From positions 319,594 to 383,593 of the forward strand of contig CAVPVU010000002.1 of the NCBI GenBank assembly GCA_963709365.1: DNA of 64,000 nt, read 5' to 3'. The notes beneath the pieces are model-generated. The model had not been told where the DNA came from. It was given only the letters and a program-made list of their open reading frames with translations, and made no database searches. Position numbers and translations under genes: made by a program. Source of the stretch: an uncultured Chlamydiales bacterium. Lineage in GTDB: Bacteria > Chlamydiota > Chlamydiia > Chlamydiales > Rhabdochlamydiaceae. Shown in pieces: positions 30,774-39,989 of the stretch (position 1 is its first letter; every line of letters starts with the position of its first letter).

Positions 30774-31415
30774 CTAAACCTCGGAGAATTCCGGGGTTTT
30801 TCGCTTTTCAGCGGCTGTTGCATGAGTGAAAATTTTATATCCTATGCCATAGTACTCTGGGTACTTGCGGAATTTTTTCTCGATGATTTTGAATGCCGGG
30901 TTTTTTTGTCCCGGATCAATAAGAAACCGACCAATGGGATAGGCGACAAGATCGGCAATCTGAAGCCCAATGCTATTTGTCTTCTTGTCTGCGAAACAAA
31001 GATCTAAGGGATACATGTTCTGCAAGTTATCGTGCGTTTCGATGATCTCTTGAAATGTGTCTTGTAACTCATCATCTTCTTTCTTGCCTCGCGATTCAAT
31101 GATGATATGAGTAAGTTTGTTTTCCTGGCCAGAATCCCTCAGGAATTGATAAATCTCAATGACTTGATCATGAAGAAACTGAAAATCATCCAACCTTTTT
31201 CTCAGTTTGGCGCTGTGTAGCACGGTCAAATCATGACCCCAAAAGGTGAATTTAAAACTTTTTACCAGTCTTATGATCTCCTCTAGATATGCCTTTTTAG
31301 AAAAGATACAAAATGCCAGAACGAAGGCAGGGTATAACTTGTTAACATCATCCATTGAGTGATCTCCGCTCTCGTCCGCATAAATGATATAATCACCGTA
31401 GTCGTGACTGTTCAA
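30774..31415 (-). CDS. DUF3800 domain protein (RNase-H-like fold predicted) in an AT-rich islet
   Basis: YIIYADESGD ... LQIADLVAYPIGRF are the DUF3800 hallmarks. Local GC is visibly lower than in the flanks. Confidence 0.6.
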   Translation of the reverse strand: MNSHDYGDYIIYADESGDHSMDDVNKLYPAFVLAFCIFSKKAYLEEIIRLVKSFKFTFWGHDLTVLHSAKLRKRLDDFQFLHDQVIEIYQFLRDSGQENKLTHIIIESRGKKEDDELQDTFQEIIETHDNLQNMYPLDLCFADKKTNSIGLQIADLVAYPIGRFLIDPGQKNPAFKIIEKKFRKYPEYYGIGYKIFTHATAAEKRKTPEFSEV

Positions 31416-31525
31416 GTCGATTGCCCAAATTTACAAAACAAAACGGAGATTTAATCAAAAATTGGCTTGTCGCGCAACAGGGAATTTCAGAAAAAAGTGT
31501 AGGCAAAAGAACGTTCTAATTTAGC

Positions 31526-32476
31526 TCACTCCTCTTCTGTACCGGTGTCGATTTGTTTGCCGGGGCGTCTTTCGGGTGGGGGTTCATTTGGTTTGTTGGC
31601 TTGCTTCTGTTCGAGGCCCATGGTGAGGGCTGTTAAGCCGGCGAGGCCGCCGAGTTGCATGGATTCGATGGCGGTGCTGGGCACTACGACGATTGTTGAG
31701 TTTTCTTTGAGGCCTTCGTAGAGCATGTTCATGGCTCTGAGGTGTAGGGCAACGGGGTTGTTGCTATAAGTGAGGGCTGCTTGGCCGAACTTTTCGGCTA
31801 TTTGTCGTTCGGAGTCGCCGAGGATTACACGGGCTTGGCGTTCGCGTTCTGCTTGGGCTTGCATTGACATGGCGTCTTCGAGGGCTGGGGGAATTAGCAC
31901 GTCTTTGATCTCTACGGAGATCACAGCGATGCCCCAAGGCTCGGTGCGTTCGTCGATGATTATTTTCAGCTCGTTGCTGATCTTGTTTCTGCCTTCAAGC
32001 ATGTCTGAGAGAACAGTTTTGCCGATGACGTCTCTGAGGGCTGTTTGGGATGCCCAGCCTATGGCGCTTTTGTAATCGGCGATTTCTAGGGCGGCCTTCT
32101 TGGGATCGATCACTTTCCAGAAGAGTACTGCATCCACATCGACGGGCACTGTATCTTTGGTGAGGGTCTTTTCGGCTTTGAAGGCGGTTGTGATGACACG
32201 GATGTCAATCCAGTAGGAGATTCTATCGATGATTGGGATGATAAAAAACAATCCGGGGCCTTTTAAGGCACGGAAGCGCCCGAGGCGCAGGATAACTGCC
32301 CTGTCCCACTGATTGGCAATGTGCACGGCGGCAGCTGCAAGGCAGGCAATCACAAATGTAATGCCAAAGAACAATAAGGCATTTCCTGGGTTAATCATGT
32401 AAAAGGGGTATCCGATTGCAAAGCCCACGCACATGATGAGAATGAATAAGAGGGTGGGAACTGAACTGTTTTTCAT
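31526..32476 (-). CDS. SPFH/band-7 (stomatin-like) membrane protein
   Basis: N-terminal TM helices, then WDRAVILRLGRFRALKGPGLFFIIPIIDRISYWIDIRV; Ala/Glu-rich helix (AQAERERQARVILGD). Confidence 0.8.
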   Translation of the reverse strand: MKNSSVPTLLFILIMCVGFAIGYPFYMINPGNALLFFGITFVIACLAAAAVHIANQWDRAVILRLGRFRALKGPGLFFIIPIIDRISYWIDIRVITTAFKAEKTLTKDTVPVDVDAVLFWKVIDPKKAALEIADYKSAIGWASQTALRDVIGKTVLSDMLEGRNKISNELKIIIDERTEPWGIAVISVEIKDVLIPPALEDAMSMQAQAERERQARVILGDSERQIAEKFGQAALTYSNNPVALHLRAMNMLYEGLKENSTIVVVPSTAIESMQLGGLAGLTALTMGLEQKQANKPNEPPPERRPGKQIDTGTEEE

Positions 32477-32582
32477 AAGTGTTTTCCGTCCAAGCGGCCT
32501 TTTAAATTCGCATTAAGTTCAGCCTACTGATTTTAAAAAAAATTTTCTATGTTTAAGTTGGAGTTGCATTTGGGTCGTTTTC

Positions 32583-33554
32583 TTATTTCCAGATGGTCTT
32601 GAAGAAGTTTAGAGAGTTCTCTGCGGCGATAGCGGGCCTTAGCTTTTGCTCGAAAAGCTGGAGCATGTGAGGGTAGGTTGAGGCGTCGCCGAAGTTGGGG
32701 AAGAAGAGCGTGTCGCTCTTGTATTTTTCTTTGGCGCCGGGGAAGTCGGCGTCGTTGAAGAAGTCGGCGCCGAAGGCCAGCGCGTTTTGGCCATTCAATT
32801 TTAGGCCGTGTTCGACATGTTTTAAGAGGTTGTTTGAGTCACTTGCGCCAATAAATGGGCTGAACAAGTTGAAGCCGATGATGCCTTGGCGGCGGATGAT
32901 CTCTTGGGCGAGCTCGTCGGGTAGATTGCGTGCCACATTGGTGATCGCGCGGAAGTTGGAGTGGCTAGCGAGCACGGGAATCTTAAGTCCCTGCTTGTCG
33001 ATGAAGTTCAGGATGTCGAAAGCGAGCGCATCTGAGGTGTGGCTGAAATCGACGGCGATCCTTTTTCCATCCATCCAGCGCAAGAGCTGCTTGCCATCTT
33101 CTTTTAATCCAACCGTGGAAGCATTTCCCCCGCCGAAGCGGTTTTCATGATCCCAAGTGAGGCTAATGTAGAGAATGCGTTTTAGCTGTCTATACCAGTG
33201 TTGCAGGCGCGCCAGCCCCTTTTCGAGGGGTTCATCCTCTTCACAAAAACCCGATGCATTTTCAAAAGCGGGAACGATGGCAATTTTATCTGAGAAGTCT
33301 GTCCCTGTAAAAAATTCATACTGGTCGGGATAGCGATGGGGAAGTTGTGAAAAGATTTCGATCTGTTGTTGTGCGCTCTCAGTCGAGCCAGGTTTCGTAT
33401 AGGTGAAAATGGCCAGTGTCTGCAGACGTACGCCGCCCTCTTTCATTTGCGAAAAAGAAGCGCGTGAGAGCGGATCGAAGGGAGTGCGTCCCTGCTTCAT
33501 CTGCAAATAACATAAGAGGTCGCAGTGCAGATCGATCACCGGTACTTGGCCCAT
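32583..33554 (-). CDS. Membrane dipeptidase (peptidase family M19)
   Basis: VIDLHCDLL, LTWDHENRFGGG and SHSNFRA motifs of renal-dipeptidase-like enzymes. Confidence 0.75.
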   Translation of the reverse strand: MGQVPVIDLHCDLLCYLQMKQGRTPFDPLSRASFSQMKEGGVRLQTLAIFTYTKPGSTESAQQQIEIFSQLPHRYPDQYEFFTGTDFSDKIAIVPAFENASGFCEEDEPLEKGLARLQHWYRQLKRILYISLTWDHENRFGGGNASTVGLKEDGKQLLRWMDGKRIAVDFSHTSDALAFDILNFIDKQGLKIPVLASHSNFRAITNVARNLPDELAQEIIRRQGIIGFNLFSPFIGASDSNNLLKHVEHGLKLNGQNALAFGADFFNDADFPGAKEKYKSDTLFFPNFGDASTYPHMLQLFEQKLRPAIAAENSLNFFKTIWK

Positions 33555-33558
33555 ATAT

Positions 33559-36500
33559 TTAACCCTTTTCTTGGATCTTACTGAAATCTAGCAGATTTTC
33601 AAAATACGCAAAGACTTTTTGTAGAAGGGCGATGCGGTTATTACGCGTTGCTAAGTCATCGGCCAAAATTTTCACGGTGTCGAACAGGTGCGCGATATGA
33701 GGCTGTAAGGTCGCAAGCTGCTCAAAGGCGGCGATGTAGTTCTTCTCTTTGATCGAAAAATCCAAATTGTGGCGGATATTTTCCACATGCTTCCAGAGCG
33801 CTTTCTCGGCTGGCTCGCGCAGCAGTGCTGGTTCGAAGACCGCTTCGGCTGGTTTTTCCAGCTGACCTTTGGCGCGTTTATACACTTCTAAAAGCTTGCC
33901 GAAGACGGGATTCTTGCGGAAATCATTTAACGCTTTGATCTTGCGGAACTGGTCAAACGGATCGAGACAAATCCCGCGCAAAGCAGCTTCGATCTCGTCT
34001 TTGTTGAATCCGTAATCTTCGAATACGGTCTTGGCGCGGTTGGTGATGAATTGCAAGATCTCTTCGACCACCTTCAGGCGCGCTTTTTGATCTTTCTTTA
34101 GCGGTGCAAATTGCTCTGCGCACTCATTCAGAAGTTTTTCTAAATTTAAGCTCTTCTCTTCTTCGATGATGATCTTGATTAGTCCAAACGTTTGGCGCCT
34201 GAGCGCAAAAGGATCGCTGGAGGAGGTTGGTTTTAGACCCACGCTGAAATAGCCAAGAAGGTTATCAAACTTATCGGCAAGACTTAAGATGATACCAGAT
34301 GGCGTTTTGGGCAGCGGCGCGTCTTCTGAACGCGGCATCCACTGCTCTGCGATCGCCTCGGCCACCTCGCGCTCTTCTTTTTGAGCCAGCGCATAGTAAC
34401 GTCCAACGATACCTTGAAGCTCGGGAAACTCGCCAACCAGCGCAGAAGCGAGATCTGCCTTGCTGAGAAGCGCGGCACGCATGACATTCTTTTCGCTCGC
34501 AATCGAAAGTGTGCGGTTGATCGTCTGCACATGCTTGGTCAGGCGCATGACCTTGTCTTGCATCGAGCCAAGTTCTTGCTGGAAGGTCATCAGCTGGAGC
34601 TTTTCGTTGAATTTTTCCAGCGGCGTTCTCAAATCCTGCTCGTAAAGGAAGACCCCATCTGTCAGGCGCGCGGAGAGCACTTTCTGGTTGCCTTTGCGGA
34701 TCAGCTCGGTCGGCGTGGTGTCGGCAGTGATGACGAACTGGTTTTTCAACTTGCCCTTGCTGTCGACCAGCGGGAAGTATTTCTGATGGTGGACCATCTC
34801 TAAGATCAGCACCTCTTGCGGCGCACGCAAAAAGTTTGGTGAAAATGTGGCGAGCGTGAGGCGCGGCCACTCGGTGAGGTGCAGCACTTCAGGCAGCACT
34901 CTGTTTTGCATCGGCGCCTGGCCTTTGACCTTTTTTTCGATAGCTTTTAGCTGCTTTAAGATGCTCTCTTTGCGCTCTTCGATATCGACCATTACGTAAG
35001 CCTTTTTCAAAGTAGAGACGTAAGATTTAGGTTCTTTTAAGCTCAATTTTTGCGGTTTCAGCTGCGCATGGCCAAATGTGAAGCGATTGGAGAAAATATT
35101 GGCCACTTGGAAAGGGATGATCTTCTGGCCAAATAGCGCCACCACCCAGAGCAGAGGACGCGCGTAGCTAAAGTCCAAGCTTCCCCAACGCATTTTTTTG
35201 GGGAAATCTAATGCGCCGATCAACTTGGGCAAGGCATCGGCTAAAATTTGCATGGTGGACTGGCCTTTTTCCGCGATCTGCGCGAAAAGGTAGTCGCACT
35301 CTTTGATCTGGCGCACTTCGAGATTTTTAACTCTGCCCTTCTGAAGATCGGTGAGGCTGCAGGGTGCAAGGTTCAAGGCTTTTAAAAAGCCGGCGCCTTG
35401 CGCTGTCAATTGGCCCTGTGTATCAAAAGCGGTTGAAACCGGCGGTCCGCGCTTCTCGATTTTTTTATCCTCAGTGCCCTCGACTAGATCTTTGACCAGC
35501 ACAGCCAGTCGTCTGGGCGTGCCGTACACGCTGATTTTTTCAAATGAGAGACCATGCTCACTAAACAAGCGCTCGATGCCCTTCTCGAGATTTCTGCAGC
35601 CGATCGGCACAAAGCTATCGGGTAGCTCCTCCGAGCCGATCTCGAGCAAGAAATCCTGACGCTTTTGAGGATTGAACGTTTGAGGCAGTTTAGGCAGGTG
35701 CACTGCTTTTGTGCGTGCAACCTTCTCTTTCTTAAGCAGCGGAAAGCCCAGCTTCTCGCGCGATGCGATATATTCGAGCCCGACCATGCGCGCCAGATCG
35801 CGGATGCGCCCGATGTAGACCGTGCGCTCTGTCGCAGAGATGACGCCGCGCGCATCGAGGATATTAAATGCATGCGAGGCTTTAATCACAAAATCATACG
35901 CGGGGATAGGCAGATTGCGTGCGATCAGGCTTTTAGCTTCACGTTCGTAATCGTTGAAATGGGAGAGCCACATCTGCGTGCTGGCATGCGTGAAGTTGTA
36001 CATGCTCCACTCGACCTCGCTCTGGTGCGAGATATCGCGGAAGGTGAGCTTCTCATTCCACTGCACATCGAAGATGCTATCTACGTTCTGCACATACATA
36101 GCTAGCCTTTCAAGACCGTAGGTGATTTCGGCTGACACAGGACTTAGCGGCAGGCTGGCGATCGCCTGAAAATAGGTGAATTGCGAAACCTCCATGCCGT
36201 CACACCAGACCTCCCATCCCAAGCCCCATGCGCCCAAGCTCGGCGACTCCCAGTCGCTATGCACAAAGCGCATATCGTGCTTTTTCAGATCGAGGCCGAT
36301 CGCTTCAAGCGATTCGAGATACCAGCGCTGCACATCGGGGTGCGAAGGTTTCAGGATCACCTGATACTGGTGGAAGAGCTGAATACGGTTAGGATTTTCA
36401 CCGTAGCGCGCATCTTGCGGCCGGCGCGACGGCTCAACATAAGCGGTATTGTAGGGCTCTGGGCCGAGACAGCGCAAAAAAGTGACCGGGTTGAACGTAC

Positions 36501-36597
36501 CTGCACCCGTTTCAAGGTCGTGGCCTTGATGGATGATGCAGCCCTTTTTTTCCCAAAACTGATTTAAACGCGCGATAAGCTGTTGAAATGTGAGCAT
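33559..36597 (-). CDS. glyQS: Glycine--tRNA ligase, fused alpha and beta subunits
   Basis: The N-terminal 290 aa are GlyQ ([24 protein letters not shown]). The remainder is GlyS. 1012 aa in total, the same fused form found in chlamydiae. Confidence 0.85.
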   Translation of the reverse strand: MLTFQQLIARLNQFWEKKGCIIHQGHDLETGAGTFNPVTFLRCLGPEPYNTAYVEPSRRPQDARYGENPNRIQLFHQYQVILKPSHPDVQRWYLESLEAIGLDLKKHDMRFVHSDWESPSLGAWGLGWEVWCDGMEVSQFTYFQAIASLPLSPVSAEITYGLERLAMYVQNVDSIFDVQWNEKLTFRDISHQSEVEWSMYNFTHASTQMWLSHFNDYEREAKSLIARNLPIPAYDFVIKASHAFNILDARGVISATERTVYIGRIRDLARMVGLEYIASREKLGFPLLKKEKVARTKAVHLPKLPQTFNPQKRQDFLLEIGSEELPDSFVPIGCRNLEKGIERLFSEHGLSFEKISVYGTPRRLAVLVKDLVEGTEDKKIEKRGPPVSTAFDTQGQLTAQGAGFLKALNLAPCSLTDLQKGRVKNLEVRQIKECDYLFAQIAEKGQSTMQILADALPKLIGALDFPKKMRWGSLDFSYARPLLWVVALFGQKIIPFQVANIFSNRFTFGHAQLKPQKLSLKEPKSYVSTLKKAYVMVDIEERKESILKQLKAIEKKVKGQAPMQNRVLPEVLHLTEWPRLTLATFSPNFLRAPQEVLILEMVHHQKYFPLVDSKGKLKNQFVITADTTPTELIRKGNQKVLSARLTDGVFLYEQDLRTPLEKFNEKLQLMTFQQELGSMQDKVMRLTKHVQTINRTLSIASEKNVMRAALLSKADLASALVGEFPELQGIVGRYYALAQKEEREVAEAIAEQWMPRSEDAPLPKTPSGIILSLADKFDNLLGYFSVGLKPTSSSDPFALRRQTFGLIKIIIEEEKSLNLEKLLNECAEQFAPLKKDQKARLKVVEEILQFITNRAKTVFEDYGFNKDEIEAALRGICLDPFDQFRKIKALNDFRKNPVFGKLLEVYKRAKGQLEKPAEAVFEPALLREPAEKALWKHVENIRHNLDFSIKEKNYIAAFEQLATLQPHIAHLFDTVKILADDLATRNNRIALLQKVFAYFENLLDFSKIQEKG

Positions 36598-36641
36598 AAG
36601 GAACTATCTTAGAGCTGCTTGGTGAATTTTGCAAGAAAACG

Positions 36642-36758
36642 GGCGCGGTGGACAAAAGATTTGTGGACAGGGTGGACGAAGTGGACTTGGTGGACTGCGC
36701 CTGTGGACTTTTTCTTGGCGCGGTCCACTTCGTCCACAAATCTTTTGTCCACCGCGCC
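36642..36758. repeat. Palindromic iteron-like element, GTGGAC family, copy B
   Basis: GGCGCGGTGGACaaaagatttGTGGACaggGTGGACgaaGTGGACttgGTGGAC ... GTCCACttcGTCCACaaatcttttGTCCACCGCGCC. The arms are nearly perfectly complementary. It sits between the divergent glyQS and glycosyltransferase genes. Confidence 0.75.
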
Positions 36759-36789
36759 TCTTGTAATTTGAAGGTAAGGAGGCTATGAT

Positions 36790-37578
36790 TTGGGCATGTC
36801 TGGACAACTATTATTCTCAATAATCGTACCAGTAAAGGAGGGCAGCGCACACCTGCTCCCGTTCACGCTAGACAGCATTCTTTCGCAGGATTTCGCCCAA
36901 TACGAGATCATCGTCATCGACGGGCAGAAGAGCGAGAATGATACGATCGCATCATATCAATCAAAAATTCATCAGGTGGCCTTTGCCGAAAGTTCCAATG
37001 TCTTTTCAATGATGAACCAGGCGATCTTACGCGCCAAGGGAGAGTATTTGCACTTCCTGCAGCCAGGCGAGTATTATCTCACTAGGCATGCATTGACCTT
37101 TTTGGCACAATTTGTTCAGGTGAACGCTGCCGATCTCATCGCGTGTGGCAGCATGGTGCGGCATAGCTTGTCGCCGGCGCAAGTGATGATCGAACCGTTG
37201 AGTCGCGAGGGTCTAAAAGGCGGTAAGATTTCGCCGAGTTTGCAAGCCTACTGGTTCCGCAAAAATGCACTGCAAGCCATTGGAGGATTCCGCGGCTTTT
37301 ATACTATGCAAGGCGGATTCGATCTGATCTGCCGCCTCTATCTCTCTTCAACCGTCAAAAAGACCTTTTTTAGACGTGTACTCACTGATTATGAGTACCG
37401 GCTTCTGCCGACTAAAAAAATTATTCGCAATTTCTTTGAGACCATGGTCATCATCCTTTCCTACTTTGGGCTTAGCGGAGCTATGATTAGGTGGCTAGCG
37501 CGTTGTAATTGGCGTCTGCTCAATTGGGGATGGAAGAATATCAAGGCCGCTTTCTGGAAGAAGAGTCACGCAAATTAA
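36790..37578 (+). CDS. Family-2 glycosyltransferase
   Basis: FSIIVPVKEGSAHLLPFTLDSILSQDFAQYEIIVIDG is the GT2 N-terminal signature. Confidence 0.7.
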   Translation: MGMSGQLLFSIIVPVKEGSAHLLPFTLDSILSQDFAQYEIIVIDGQKSENDTIASYQSKIHQVAFAESSNVFSMMNQAILRAKGEYLHFLQPGEYYLTRHALTFLAQFVQVNAADLIACGSMVRHSLSPAQVMIEPLSREGLKGGKISPSLQAYWFRKNALQAIGGFRGFYTMQGGFDLICRLYLSSTVKKTFFRRVLTDYEYRLLPTKKIIRNFFETMVIILSYFGLSGAMIRWLARCNWRLLNWGWKNIKAAFWKKSHAN

Positions 37579-37724
37579 AAATTTATTTTACATCTTGAAT
37601 TCTTTCTAGAATCTAAGGTAGAATAGACTCACCATTTTTAATGAGGAACAGTATGTTAGGACTTAAGGCAGCCAAACCACTAGCAAGTTCTAAACGCGCA
37701 CAATCATCATAAATCCAACATTTA

Positions 37725-38756
37725 ATGCATCCGATTCACAGCATGAGCGAAGCAGAACTCAAAGAGTGGCTGCTCGCTCAGGATGAAAAGCCCTTTCGAG
37801 CCGTTCAAATCTTAGACTGGCTCTACGCAAAGGGGATGACAGATTGGCAGCAGATGACCAATCTAAACAGCGCTACCAAGCAGAAATTATCCAGCAGTTT
37901 TCAACTCAATTCACTTAAACTCCGCGAAACCGTCGACTCCTCCGACAATGAGACGACCAAGTTTCTGTGGGAACTGGCCGACGGCAAGCTGGTCGAATCG
38001 GTCCTGATTCGCTCTTTTGATCGGCGCACAGTGTGCGTCTCTTCACAAGTGGGATGTCCGGCTCGCTGCGCTTTCTGCGCTTCGGGAAAAAAGGGGCTCA
38101 TGCGCAACTTGAGCGCCGCCGAGATCTTTGAACAGGTCTTTGAGATTAACCGCTTCCTCGCGAAAGTAGGCGAGCGCGTCTCACACGTGGTCTACATGGG
38201 GATGGGCGAGCCATTCGAGAACTATGATGCGGTCGTCAAGTCGATCGCGCTTTTGTGCGACCCATTGCGGCTGGGGCTTTCACAGCGCCGCATCACCGTC
38301 TCAACGGTGGGCGTAGTCGAAAGAATCGCCCAATTTGCCTGTGAAGAGTTGAAAGTAAATCTGGTGCTTTCGCTGCATGCGCCCAATCAGCGCATCCGTC
38401 TTAAGATCATCCCTTATGCACGCAAGTATGACTTGGAAGAGATTCTGGCCGCCATGCGCGGTTATGCCGAAAAAACCCATCGCGATATCACCTACGAATA
38501 CACCCTGATGGCAGGCATCAACGACAATCTCGAACACGCACAAGAGCTCGCCAAGCTTTTGCATGGCCAACAGTGCACGATCAATTTGATCCCATACAAT
38601 CCGGTTGATGGTTTGCGCCTGAGTCGTCCAAGCAAAGAGGCGATCGAAGCTTTTAAAGGCGTTTTGACCGATCGCGGGTTGAACGTAACCTGGCGCTTCA
38701 CCAAAGGCAAAGACATTGCCGCCGCCTGTGGACAACTGGCTTTAAAAGAAAGCTGA
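37725..38756 (+). CDS. rlmN: 23S rRNA/tRNA (adenine-C2)-methyltransferase RlmN (radical SAM)
   Basis: VCVSSQVGCPARCAFCASGKKG (CxxxCxxC), MGMGEPFENYD. Confidence 0.85.
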   Translation: MHPIHSMSEAELKEWLLAQDEKPFRAVQILDWLYAKGMTDWQQMTNLNSATKQKLSSSFQLNSLKLRETVDSSDNETTKFLWELADGKLVESVLIRSFDRRTVCVSSQVGCPARCAFCASGKKGLMRNLSAAEIFEQVFEINRFLAKVGERVSHVVYMGMGEPFENYDAVVKSIALLCDPLRLGLSQRRITVSTVGVVERIAQFACEELKVNLVLSLHAPNQRIRLKIIPYARKYDLEEILAAMRGYAEKTHRDITYEYTLMAGINDNLEHAQELAKLLHGQQCTINLIPYNPVDGLRLSRPSKEAIEAFKGVLTDRGLNVTWRFTKGKDIAAACGQLALKES

Positions 38757-38808
38757 TGCAAGAATTTTTGCGAAACAGCTACTATCCTCAGAAAACAAGG
38801 TCTTCGCT

Positions 38809-39399
38809 GTGAGCATTGCTCTCTCTTTTACCTTAGCGCGCATCCTCTTAAGCCCTCTTTTCCTAATTATTTATCTCTATTATGCGCAAATGGGGATCAG
38901 TCTGGTTCTCTTGCCGTATATATTAATTATTTTACTGGCTGTGTCTGAACTTTCAGATCTTTTCGACGGTTTTTTCGCGCGTAGGAAGAACCAGGTTACC
39001 GACCTAGGAAAGCTGCTCGATCCGATGGCGGATAGTATTTTCCGCTTAACCGTCTTTTTAAGCTTTACACAAGGTTTTATCCAGCTGCCGCTGTTACTGG
39101 TTCTATTTTTCTTTTACCGCGATTCGATCATCAGCACCCTGCGCACGCTGTGTGCACTGCGCGGTGTGGCTTTAGGTGCGCGATTTAGCGGAAAAATTAA
39201 AGCTGTCATCCAAGCTGTGGTGGCGTTTTTAATTATTATTTTAATGATCCCCTATTCTCTAGGATATCTCGATATTCATCTCTTGCGTCAAATAAGTCTT
39301 ATCAGTGTATTGATCGCCTGCCTTTACACGATCTATTCTGGCATAGAATATATTTATGCTAATCGTCTCTACATAAAGAAAGCTTTAATTAGAAATTAA
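38809..39399 (+). CDS. pgsA: CDP-alcohol phosphatidyltransferase (PgsA-like)
   Basis: LSDLFDGFFARRKNQVTDLGKLLDPMADS contains the D(x)2DG(x)2AR...G(x)3D(x)3D motif. Confidence 0.7.
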   Translation: MSIALSFTLARILLSPLFLIIYLYYAQMGISLVLLPYILIILLAVSELSDLFDGFFARRKNQVTDLGKLLDPMADSIFRLTVFLSFTQGFIQLPLLLVLFFFYRDSIISTLRTLCALRGVALGARFSGKIKAVIQAVVAFLIIILMIPYSLGYLDIHLLRQISLISVLIACLYTIYSGIEYIYANRLYIKKALIRN

Positions 39400-39436
39400 A
39401 TAATCCATTCGTATTCCCTTGTAATTATTTTAGTTG

Positions 39437-39442
39437 TATAAT
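39437..39442 (+). promoter_or_regulatory. Candidate -10 box (TATAAT) upstream of the small ORF that precedes the LRR array
   Basis: A perfect TATAAT sits in an AT-rich intergenic region ~38 nt upstream of ATG 39480, with TTGTAA upstream of it. The spacing is not ideal. Confidence 0.2.
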
Positions 39443-39479
39443 TTATGCGACGAAATAATTAAATTATCATGAGGGAATT

Positions 39480-39965
39480 ATGAGCGCTGTAGATCCTACC
39501 CAAACAAGACGACCTGAAAGCCAATTTTTTGTTACGTCCTTGGGCTTGATGCATAAAGTGCGTGAATTTGAAAGGGGCCCTGCCGGTCGCGAAGTAGGCG
39601 AGTTAGAATTTCTTGCACGCAAGATAGTCGGAGAGATATGCTTTGTGGGCCTTATCGTAGTGATGATTATCGAAGCTCTAGTTCGAGGTTTTTTTGTAGT
39701 GATTGCAGAGGTTTTAGACTCATTAGGCGCTCTTCTTTCACATCGCGTTGAGCCTGAAACTCCCGAGCAAGGAGATGCCTCAGCTTCGAGAACAGCTGCA
39801 CAACTAGCAGATAACAATAGCTCCTCTCGAACAAAAGCAAGCGTAGACGATCTTCCTGATGCGCACATTACCCAAGACGCACGCGTAAGACAATCGGTAA
39901 CTGGAAATATTTTACATTTAGCCGGTATGCAATATGACGCACGACGTCCAGCCTCTCCGGCATGA
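39480..39965 (+). CDS. Hypothetical protein with one long (~35 aa) central hydrophobic segment
   Basis: ICFVGLIVVMIIEALVRGFFVVIAEVL is flanked by polar regions. The gene lies immediately upstream of the LRR array. The overlapping minus-strand ORF 39467-40093 is judged spurious. Confidence 0.4.
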   Translation: MSAVDPTQTRRPESQFFVTSLGLMHKVREFERGPAGREVGELEFLARKIVGEICFVGLIVVMIIEALVRGFFVVIAEVLDSLGALLSHRVEPETPEQGDASASRTAAQLADNNSSSRTKASVDDLPDAHITQDARVRQSVTGNILHLAGMQYDARRPASPA

Positions 39966-39989
39966 ACTAATTTAATATATAGGTAAAAA

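Noticed and set aside
30564-33554. Prophage, IS element or integrase in the AT-rich islet
   Set aside because: No transposase, integrase, terminal inverted repeats or tRNA attachment site were found. Only compositional deviation and a DUF3800 gene are present, so the region is reported as an anomaly, not as a mobile element.
36642-36758. GTGGAC palindromes as DnaA-box clusters or a replication origin
   Set aside because: TTGTGGACA only partly resembles the DnaA box TGTGGATAA; there is no AT-rich unwinding element or dnaA/dnaN nearby; three dispersed copies argue for a repeat family rather than oriC.
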